NCBI GenBank assembly: GCA_964187785.1
Contig: OZ076417.1
Span: 30,318,001 to 30,382,000, forward strand
From: Amphiscolops sp. MND2022
Lineage: Eukaryota
Length of the DNA: 64,000 nucleotides
Direction: 5' to 3'
A model generated the notes under the pieces. The model had not been told where the DNA came from. It searched no databases and saw only the letters and a program-made list of their open reading frames with translations. Numbering within the stretch: position 1 is the first letter of the stretch; each line of letters begins with the position of its first letter. The translations under genes were made by a program, and so were the position numbers. Positions 58,501 to 64,000 of the stretch are shown piece after piece.

Positions 58501-61193
58501 AGAGTCGGGATTTTCTTCGAAAACGCCGACTAATAAGGCCTTTTATAACCCTTAGCTTACGCAGAATAATTAAAAATTGGAAATATAGTTCAAAATTTGC
58601 AGACGGTGGGAAACTCAGCACAGCATGATATAGCAAGCCCCGGGTGCCAGTCTGATGTCTTGCTGGACATTTGGGCCGAAACTGTACAAGCGGAACATTA
58701 TAAAGGTAAAGTATGTCGCATCAACAACACTATGTCGAGCTGGAAAACTTATACGACGCGCTGGTTCCAGCCAAGTGCATGTTCGAGAAGAACCAGTAAC
58801 CACCACCATAGTACGACCCCAAAATCGAGAGTGCAATCAGAGAATGCCTAGGCAAGAGGAGCGAACAGTCCGCTGATACGAAACGTGAAGAGAAGAAGCT
58901 ACGTCCCATTCTGGTCACGAAATATACAGGATACATTTCCGTCCGATTCAGCAGAAGTATCACGAAGATCACACACGCCTGTTGTTTACTACACGAAAAG
59001 AAAAACTGTTTTAGCTTCCCTGAAGAGCAAGATGTTACATGATCTGAAAAGTCATTTACGAAATTACCTGGTCTGAATACAAGTCCAGCTATACGGTCAG
59101 ACGGAACGGCATTTGATGAGCCTACTAACAGAGCATGTATATACCAGCTCACCCGTGGAAAGTCATCTGGGAAAATCTACCGGGAACGCTTCACAAAATA
59201 AATCCAGGATTCTGGAACATTGTGAAGATCCAGGACAGCTACTAACATTTGATGCTCTATATATCACAAAAAGACAACTGACCTTGAAACAACGCGACGA
59301 AAACAGGCACCCTCAAGTTGTGATGAAAACTCATCTTTGTCCCGGTTTATATCAATGAGATTTGCACATAAACTACTGCAGTCGGTACTTTTTTTCACGC
59401 GTGACATATGCCCTTTTTTCAAACGCGTGAGGCAACATCCTCAAAACCCACAACAGATATGGATACTATGTTTACGCTAAGAACAGACATCACGATTTTT
59501 GAAAAAGGCAATTTGACAGTTTCTTAAATTTCATCTCGATCTCAGAACCAAGACCGAATACAGAGTCCATGGTTTTGTGAAATGTACAAGTTTAGGCTAC
59601 AATTCAGCTTAAAACTGACGTCAAAATTTTTCATTGTTAGTTTTTTTTGGGCAATTTTTTTCCAATTCGTCGCTCATATTTCTCAAAAAAAATACGGAAA
59701 CCATTCTCCCTCACAAAGTAAGGCAAAGATGTAGGCTAGTTTTCGCACCATCAAAGTTTCCGGCATCAAAAATGACGCCTTCGTTTTTCTGCGAAAGAAT
59801 TGACTTATTTTCATTTTTTAATTGTTCTCTGAGACTTAAGCTCTTATATCTCAGAACTGAGACCAAATACAGAGTCCATGGTTTCGTAAATTGTACAAGG
59901 ATTCCAAGGCTAAAACTGACGTCAAAATGTTTTGTTTTTAATTTCTGGGCAAAAACGGTTTTAAAAAAGTTGTCCAATTTGAAGAGTTTTCCAACAATTC
60001 TCAGAATTGAAAATAGATACAGAAACCATTCTCTCGGAAAGTACGTCAAAAATATAGGCTAGTTTTTATCATCGAAGTGTTTGTCATCACGCCATTGGAC
60101 GTTTGTTTCTGCTCGAAGCCAAGCACGACACACCGTCGCGCCTATGTTTTCGAATTGGTTTGCAATGATAACAAGCATTTCGAATGTATTGTTCTCTGAT
60201 GATGCACATATTGCGCGAAAGTGCTCAATAAACAATGATTGTCCTCTGTTTTCATTTCAATTGTAGGTAGATTTCTCGAAACAAAAATATTTTTGATACG
60301 CTTGCATCTACATCTTCAAAACCCTTCACATACGATTAATTACTAAGCCAACACATGATTGGCCATCGCCTACTGCTAAAAAGGAAAAGACGGCAATGCT
60401 TTTTTGGTGAATCAACAAAATAAGGGAAAACGGTGCCCTTGACAACGTCGCAATAAAATTACAGCTTATGCAGAAATATCATTAAAGGGAGAGAACGTGG
60501 AACTTTCCCTCAATGATTTTTCAGAAAAATGAAACAAAAATTGTCGTGGGTGCTTCTTCCATGGTTGAAATGTTCCCAAGTGAACCTTATACAAACGAGG
60601 TACAATTTTCAAAATCGCCAGTTCGAAATTATGAAAATATTCCAAGTCACAAATACGTATCACGAAAAAATTCATTCGCAGAATGGGAACATTTAGCATA
60701 CCCCTTGATTCTACTTTGCCTGTATACCTGTACACTCTTGAAAATTTCTTTTCAACCTTCAAAAGTATCAGTTAGATGTAGGAAAAGGTGTTTTTGATGG
60801 AAAAACGGCAATTCGCATAAATCGCAAATATATACGAACAAATTTTTATCGGTTCCAATAAACAAGCACATAGAAGACATCTACCGACCTCTCGGCAAAT
60901 TCCATAGCGTCTCTCGAAGTAGGTTGAATGGTTAGAATAATGGAAGGCGTTTTGCCACTTTTGCCATTGGTGGTTTTAACTATCCAATCATGTTCCAGTT
61001 TCGTTATGATTGACACTTTCTCGCCCCGGTTCACTTTCATCTGGTAGGAGAGGGGTGAGCTGCACAAAGCCATGGCTTCAATTTGTTGCTCCACTGATGA
61101 CATGGCTCGAAGTTCCATCGGGTAAACTTGTTTGCCTTTCTTGATGATGTTTCGCAGAATTTCTTTGTGCTCCACAAGTAGCTCCCGCATATC
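1192..61193 (-). CDS. DST: Multi-exon spectraplakin (dystonin/MACF1/Shot/VAB-10-like), partial at both ends; 12 exons, ~13,400 codons in window
   Basis: Exons join in frame: 61193-60889, 55210-54227, 53681-53498, 49988-49689, 46443-39492, 37533-23092, 22659-6748, 5852(or 5834)-5656, 4992-4819, 3946-3713, 3182-3036, 1566-1192. Domain order is plakin SH3 + spectrin repeats, then a plectin-repeat giant exon, then spectrin rod, the hallmark of spectraplakins. The symbol denotes the family; orthology to DST versus MACF1 is not resolved. Confidence 0.85.
1645..2204 (-). mobile_element. Helentron/HINE(DINE-1)-like non-autonomous element, copy A (contains a tRNA-like insert)
   Basis: One end (reverse complement) reads ttttt-AGTCGGCGC plus a partial inverted repeat; the other reads GCGCCGACT followed by hairpin AGACG-ttct-CGTCT-tgt. 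Internal cgcatagtgcc/ggggccctttg units. Confidence 0.6.
1986..2060 (-). pseudogene. tRNA-derived segment inside HINE-like copy A
   Basis: The minus strand has an A-box TGGCATAGAGGTT and a B-box GGTTCGAGCCC, with a CTGCCAA loop reminiscent of Gly(GCC). The stems are imperfect. Confidence 0.55.
2528..2620. repeat. ~90-bp dispersed intronic repeat (second copy at 4645-4735)
   Basis: attaataccaaac..gtca.tttcacttatact.at.tgtgat.aa.aaccagctaa.tta...at....acaaaatatttaaacttg is shared between two introns. Confidence 0.8.
2752..2795 (-). mobile_element. Isolated ~44-bp 3' motif of the CRE-like family
   Basis: cgctgcaagctgcagagcctccttgcagtgtcagtaacggtccc matches 55620-55663 with one mismatch. Confidence 0.7.
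3036..3182 (-). CDS. Exon: spectrin repeat (not in the ORF track)
   Basis: Acceptor gattttag|GAT, donor GAA|gtaagt, 147 bp. Read by hand as DDLNAVLGECETMLSDTMLWLNTQERELSLIKPLTGEVDNLTSSKALME. Confidence 0.8.
3713..3946 (-). CDS. Exon: spectrin repeat (helices B/C)
   Basis: Acceptor tttttag|CAA, donor AAT|gtaagt, 234 bp, phase 0-0. QMHQSIIEHKKLMTEAV...LSAGYDSVYD. Confidence 0.8.
4333..4403 (+). pseudogene. tRNA-Gln(CTG)-like degenerate segment (pseudo-tRNA or SINE head)
   Basis: Anticodon arm TTGGC-TTCTGGA-GCCAA and T arm GAG-TTCGATT-CTC. The A-box and acceptor stem are degenerate. It is followed by HINE-type internal units. Confidence 0.5.
4819..4992 (-). CDS. Exon: first spectrin repeat of the rod
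   Basis: Acceptor ttggcag|TCC, donor AAG|gtgaga, 174 bp. ANEYDSWLQSMENKL is a spectrin helix-A signature. Confidence 0.8.
5127..5234. repeat. Foldback/hairpin element built from cttgcaag units
   Basis: Left arm atcttgcaagtcaatgcattattcttgc pairs with right arm gcaagaacaatgcattgacttgcaagat (28 bp, 1 mismatch). Confidence 0.85.
5656..5852 (-). CDS. Small S/T/P/K-rich linker exon (phase 1 to 0)
   Basis: Acceptor ttttttctcag|TG (5852) or tttttacag|CG (5834); donor TTA CAG|gtcagt. It restores phase 0 after the giant exons. Confidence 0.7.
6748..22659 (-). CDS. Giant exon 3 (15,912 bp, ~5,304 aa): duplicated acidic modules, plectin-like repeat region, basic K/P/S/T tail
   Basis: ORF 6743-22543 extends upstream without a stop to acceptor ctttcag|AT (22659, phase 1); donor AAA G|gttagt (phase 1). 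Many DP.TG..hSL.EAh..GLID.E.Y..L motifs. Length is divisible by 3. Confidence 0.85.
7140..15170 (-). repeat. Plectin-like repeat region (roughly 45-50 degenerate repeats)
   Basis: Examples: LIDPITEERISLEEGRRRGLLDETTYREMK, ITDPESGEQKSLDEALDFGLIDELKYLELK, IVDPVTNEEFSLEEALGLGYFD, VVDPNTGDLYTPSEAV. The count is approximate. Confidence 0.85.
18441..19610 (-). repeat. Intra-exonic direct duplication, offset 1,008 bp (18441-18602 versus 19449-19610)
   Basis: The block gctaagaa..gggaatgtgaatcagaa...accgtggaggaaggtttttgaagtc is shared (KTFLHGEKIPQL.TTEDITSEEIGETPIDSEVA.SDSHSRFLA). Confidence 0.92.
18616..21605 (-). repeat. Intra-exonic direct duplication, offset 2,148 bp (18616-19457 versus 20764-21605)
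   Basis: Identical shadow ORFs at 18822/20970 and 18826/20974. About 720 bp are near-identical, followed by a more diverged ~120 bp. Confidence 0.95.
23092..37533 (-). CDS. Giant exon 2 (14,442 bp, ~4,814 aa): 139-aa acidic tandem repeat array
   Basis: Continuous ORF 23087-37624. Probable acceptor ttcatttcattgattgcaatcaag|CA (phase 1; an alternative in-frame ag lies ~27 nt downstream), donor TCA G|gttagt (phase 1). Length is divisible by 3. Confidence 0.75.
23205..35870 (-). repeat. Coding tandem repeat, 417-bp (139-aa) unit, ~30.4 copies
   Basis: The tgcacaa / HSQP anchor recurs at 23375, 23792, 24209 ... 35465 (30 times) with 417-bp spacing, except one 414-bp step (27545 to 27959, PLVHSQ lacks one Val). 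Confidence 0.97.
39492..46443 (-). CDS. Giant exon 1 (6,952 bp, ~2,317 aa): degenerate repeats plus acidic low-complexity region
   Basis: Continuous ORF 39415-46452. Acceptor ttgttacag|GAG (phase 0), donor TAT G|gtgagt (phase 1). Confidence 0.8.
39575..39830 (-). repeat. 144-bp (48-aa) tandem duplication near the 3' end of giant exon 1
   Basis: AFSALTHIE.AREE.V.PEKV.PSLLA.GV.FLD occurs twice; caagtaacga at 39591 and 39735. Confidence 0.9.
47579..48077 (+). mobile_element. HINE-like element, copy B (both ends intact)
   Basis: tttttAGTCGGcgcttttcttaagaaaagagcCCGACTatt ... gagccttagatataGCGCCGACTtgAGACGttccCGTCTtgttt. Confidence 0.65.
48240..49100 (-). mobile_element. Degenerate 3' fragment of a CRE-clade non-LTR retrotransposon
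   Basis: Frameshifted minus-strand peptides: ALDLSIEKSASSWLNTLPLKRYPFDLSRTEFRDSV, FDGKIFNPFSRTC, NVEKSTFNPLVFACTGGARPSATEVITRL, RNKISFA.LRSSVLCLRDCR. These match the CRE C-terminal restriction-like endonuclease region as I recall it. Confidence 0.75.
49689..49988 (-). CDS. Exon: last spectrin repeat of the plakin domain
   Basis: Acceptor ctgcag|GAT, donor CAG|gttggt, 300 bp, phase 0-0. DFYDEVTRHHSRLEEVN...FDSLLTSY...EDLDEVINRYQQLL...DLLKKIQ resembles the plakin-domain C-terminus (EI..K..E...DYELQL.TY ... E..L..RY..L......LK.LE). Confidence 0.8.
50401..50830 (+). mobile_element. HINE-like element, copy C (5' end and internal units; 3' end not seen)
   Basis: tttttagtcggcgctttaggaaataaaacgcgact followed by gggtcccctttggatttttcggc units. 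Confidence 0.45.
50884..52270 (-). mobile_element. HINE-like element, copy G (degenerate 3' end, expanded internal minisatellite, tRNA-like segment)
   Basis: aacaagccg...cttagggctcaaa..agcag resembles the family 3' end. Multiple catagtg(t/c)cgaaaa...gggaccctttgggattttt.aacat(c/t)c.ttctgttgcaaa units follow. Confidence 0.45.
52198..52270 (-). pseudogene. tRNA-Glu(TTC)-like degenerate segment
   Basis: Minus strand tggtctagtggtaagatgcttgcTTTTCAAcccagaggtttcgtGTTCGAACac. A and B boxes are present but the anticodon stem is broken. Confidence 0.55.
52533..53400 (-). mobile_element. HINE-like element, copy D, with an internal gaggcccga/tcgggcctc module
   Basis: aacaAGACGggaaCGTCTaaagtcgacgctatatctaaggctcaaaaa at 52533 and agtcgggcatttttcccttaatggaaaagcgccgactaaaaa at 53358-53400. 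Confidence 0.55.
53498..53681 (-). CDS. Exon: spectrin repeat (late plakin domain)
   Basis: Acceptor ttctttcag|A, donor AAG|gtaagc. VKLCNQQVGLLKNYLSDYEHMSKWLDRMEEK...WDDAK has a spectrin helix-A Trp. Confidence 0.8.
54227..55210 (-). CDS. Exon: plakin-domain spectrin repeats
   Basis: Acceptor ctgttttag|A completes the Arg codon begun by the previous exon (EFAER-LEARYQSVLEL). 984 bp, helical heptads with spectrin-type Trp (FEWDRTW, VERWNNI). The 3' boundary is inferred from a GC donor (see findings). Confidence 0.75.
55610..56100 (-). mobile_element. Second CRE-clade 3' fragment
   Basis: ORF 55607-56092 gives KYESIIINVEKSTFSTLVLVCTGGAGPSGTKVITRLVSKVNEK...KISFAILRSCVLGPR. It is homologous to 48240-48760 and shares the 3' motif ctgcaagctgcagagcctc.ttacagtgtca.taacgg.cc. 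Confidence 0.72.
56262..56332 (+). pseudogene. tRNA-derived segment (SINE head or pseudo-tRNA)
   Basis: A-box TGGCACAGTGGTT and B-box GGTTCGAATC; no clean cloverleaf. Confidence 0.5.
56840..57568 (+). mobile_element. HINE-like element, copy E (both ends intact)
   Basis: tttttAGTCGGcgcattttagtagaaaacgagcCCGACTcttacagtgggtag ... cttagatataccGCCGACTttAGACGttccCGTCTtgtt. Confidence 0.65.
58139..58536 (-). mobile_element. HINE-like element, copy F (compensatory hairpin variant)
   Basis: acaaGCCGcgaaCGGCccaAGTCGGCGCcatatctaaggctcaaaaatagc ... actagccactgtaagAGTCGGgattttcttcgaaaacgCCGACTaa. Confidence 0.6.
58600..59360 (+). mobile_element. Degenerate Penelope-like element 3' fragment (RT thumb/linker plus GIY-YIG endonuclease)
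   Basis: Frameshifted peptides: YKRNII..GKVCRINNTMSSW, AKCMFEKNQ*PP..YDPKI, TPVVYYTKRKTVLASLKS...DLKSH, YGQTERHLMSLLTEH...SPVESHL...ILEHCEDPGQLLTFDALYI....TLKQRDE. Confidence 0.8.
59520..60085. repeat. Diverged direct tandem duplication, ~310-320-bp unit, 2 copies
   Basis: tctcagaac..agacc.aatacagagtccatggttt.gt.aa.tgtacaag...aaaactgacgtcaaaat at ~59540 and ~59849; gaaaccattctc...taggctagtttt at ~59698 and ~60020. Confidence 0.85.
60889..61193 (-). CDS. Exon: plakin-domain SH3 region
   Basis: Acceptor ttgacag|GAT, donor AG|gtcggt. Translation ...VYPMELR...IEAMALCSSPLSYQMKVNRGEKVSIITKLEHDWIVKTTNGKSGKTPSIILTIQPTSRDAMEFAER fits the plakin SH3 pattern (ALC, W.V...G..G.VPS....P...A...A.RL). Confidence 0.8.
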
Positions 61194-61454
61194 CTGTCAA
61201 CAGATACAAATGCAAACTTTAGCCACGTGTTTTTTATTTTCCGCCCATATTTCATATGGGAAAGGAAAATATTTAAATCAAACGGTTTTTTTTTTACAAA
61301 ATTTGCCAAGAATTATTGTTTACGTAATATGAAGAAATACATTCACAGAATTCAACTGACATAAATTTAGTTCCATGCGATATGTATTTGTAAAGATTTT
61401 TGGACATTTTTGGGAATGACGGAAATGACCCCATAATGACCCAAAAATGACCCC

Positions 61455-62140
61455 GAAAATGACAAAAATTCAAAACTTTCCCAATTTTCACCGTTTTCAT
61501 GCATTTTTTGCCATTTTTTCGATAAACATCGTCGATTAGAATGTTGAAAACGTTCAACAAGGCACGAATTCGTTGTCCAATAGTATTCTGAAGAGATAAA
61601 TGCGGTTTTTTAAAAGAAAAATTACCAAAAAAAATGACAAAAATTCCAAAATTTTTCGACTTTTAACGTTTTAATACAATTTTTGTCATTTTTTCGATAA
61701 ACATCGTGGATTAGAATGTTGAAAACGTTCAAAAAGGCACGAATTCGTTGTCCAATAGTATTCTGAAGAGATAAATGCTGTTTTTTAAAAGAAAAATAAC
61801 CAAAAAAATGATTAAAAAATTCCAAAATTTTTCGATTTTTAACGTTTTTATGCAATTTTTTTCAAATTTTCGATAGACTTCGTGGATTAGAATGTTGAAA
61901 ACGCTTAACGTGACAGGAATGGCAGGAATTCGTTGTCCAGTATGCTTTTCCGAAGAGATAACGACTGTTTTCTAAATGAAAAATATATCAAATTGAAACC
62001 GAAAATGACAAAAAACCCAAAATTTTCCAATTTTCAAAGTTTTTTATGCAATTTTTGTCAAATTTTCGACAGACTTCGTAGATTGGAATGTTGAAAAGAG
62101 TCAACAAGGAACAAATTTGTTGTCCAGTAGTCTTTTTCGA
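61455..62140. repeat. Short satellite, ~175-196-bp unit, ~4 copies
   Basis: tt(a/g)gaatgttgaaaa at 61536, 61711, 61887 and 62083; gaattcgttgtcc at 61566, 61741 and 61926. Confidence 0.9.
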
Positions 62141-64000
62141 AGAGATTTGGGGCGGAAAATATCCCGCTGGTCCGCGGGCGTCTTGTTTTATTCTAGGTTC
62201 CATTTGCTTTTTGAATAAAAAACAGTTATGAATCAATCACTAACCTTTATTTTCTTCAATTTTGTCAATTCAAAATTCCTCCAAATAAAATTATCAAACT
62301 ACAAAAACAGATCTCTTCCAAACACAATCTGAAAATTTTTTAAAAAATGGTGTTGAGCCAGGGCAATAGAACTGATTATAGTGTTTTACTTCGGCTTAAA
62401 ATTGAAGTCAGAGAAATTAAGCAGTGCACATTTCTAGAGCAGTAAGCTCTAGTTGTTTTGATATACTTTCGGAATCTTATAAATCCACATCAGATGTGAC
62501 TGCGCCATTGCATTCTACAGTAGAAGGTTGAAATTCTTCTTGAAGTTGGATTTGGTATTAGGCCCCTATACAACCCAAGAAAAATTTAGGCCCTGGCAGA
62601 CAACAGTGTCTCTGTGCTGATAATAAAACAGTAGTCGATCATTTGACATCAGCAGTTCTCACTCACATTGGAAGGAAGGTACAAAAGGACAGTGTTTGAT
62701 GAAACGCAGTCTCATTGGCACAATTTACAATAAAGCTCAATACAAAATTCAGTAAAAAATAGTAACTCGACAGATTTGAAACTTACGATCACCTTTAGAG
62801 AAAATTGAGAGCTGAAAAACAGAAAGACACGACAAGCATTTGTTTTTACAAACACACCACTTGAGAATCAAACCCAGCGATAAAGTAACAGTTAAAGAAA
62901 TAATTAACGTTATATCAGGGTTGGTAATTTGCATGTTATTTTTGAAATAAACAGTATTTGATCGAAGAAAAAACTTTATTTATTTCGTAGCTGGTACAAA
63001 AGACAAAACATTCAGTTTTTGTTCAATTCTTTGAACAGAAAAGCTAGTTCCCAGCCTTTTCATGACACGACTGCGACCGTAGTTTCTCATAGGTGAGACC
63101 TAGGGTTGGGAAATTTCTCTCCACACTCGCCGTTACTGGAGACGATGCGACATTTCCGTTTTGCTAAATTTGAGTCATTGAATCATGAATAGCGTCTCAC
63201 GAGCTTCAAAATCATATATTGGGAAACATTTGAAAAATCTTGTAAAACTCAAATACATACGCTACAAACATCTGTTCCTAAAACGAAAAAAAAGTTGAAT
63301 GGCATGCCAACCCTGCGTTATATCCGAAACATGTGATTGAAAAAAGAAGGACTCTATGCTCCTGATATATCGCGGCGGAGACATTAAAGACGTTAAAAGC
63401 GGCTTGACGTTATAACCGGCTTTCAGCATATTTGGTTTTAGCTAGAATTTAGCAGACAACATGTGAGAACTGCAATACACTTTTAATCACATGCTTCCAG
63501 TAAAAGGAAGACAGAAGAAAAAACAAACTTCCTCACTTTCACTATATCTTTCTACTGCTCACCTACTCTTCACACAATTCTTGTTTTTAAAGAGAGATCA
63601 AAAGGATCATGCATGCCGAAACGTTTGTTAAACATGGGCAATGTTAGCCCTTGATTGAAAGAGGGGGAGGGGGGTCAACTCATCTTCGAGGTTGAGGCGG
63701 TGTCATTCGATTTTAAATTCACTTTGGAGACTTTAAATTGAGCTCTGTAAACTTGAGAATATATGCTATGATATCTGAAACGCCAAGTGTTACTACGACA
63801 TGCACGAGTGAAGGCATTCGACTTCCGTAAAGTCAAATACTACAATTACAAACAACCTCCGGCAAATGTGGTTTCTTACCACTAATAGCATTCGTTCATT
63901 GATTTTCACATAAACACACTAGCCAGTACATGAGATATGTAACAGTAGCCAGTTAGTGACGGGATTGTAGTTCCATTTAAATAGGTCAATGACCCTTGAA

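Noticed and set aside
61195-64000. Further upstream exons of the gene (for example ORF 62749-62934)
   Set aside because: No spectrin- or CH-like translation with credible splice sites was found, so the upstream exons are probably outside the window.

Overview
AT-rich animal genomic DNA; the species cannot be determined from the sequence. Almost the whole window is the internal part of one minus-strand spectraplakin gene (dystonin/MACF1/Shot/VAB-10 family). I reconstructed 12 frame-compatible exons by hand (about 40.2 kb CDS, about 13,400 codons); neither start nor stop codon is in the window. The order is: plakin-domain SH3 and spectrin repeats (61193-49689), then three consecutive giant exons (6,952, 14,442 and 15,912 bp) inserted right after the plakin domain, then a short low-complexity exon, then the spectrin-repeat rod (4992-1192). 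Giant exon 1 holds an unfamiliar degenerate repeat. Giant exon 2 holds about 30 tandem 417-bp units encoding a 139-aa, highly acidic PEVK-like repeat with higher-order structure. Giant exon 3 holds duplicated acidic modules and a long run of plectin-like repeats, including about 16 regular ~90-aa A/B dimers. Exon phases would allow the giant block to be used as skippable cassettes. The introns carry a Helentron/HINE(DINE-1)-like non-autonomous family with variable cargo (including tRNA-like pieces), CRE-clade and Penelope-like retroelement remnants, a foldback element and short satellites. All domain and transposon assignments rest on motif recognition by eye, with no database searches.
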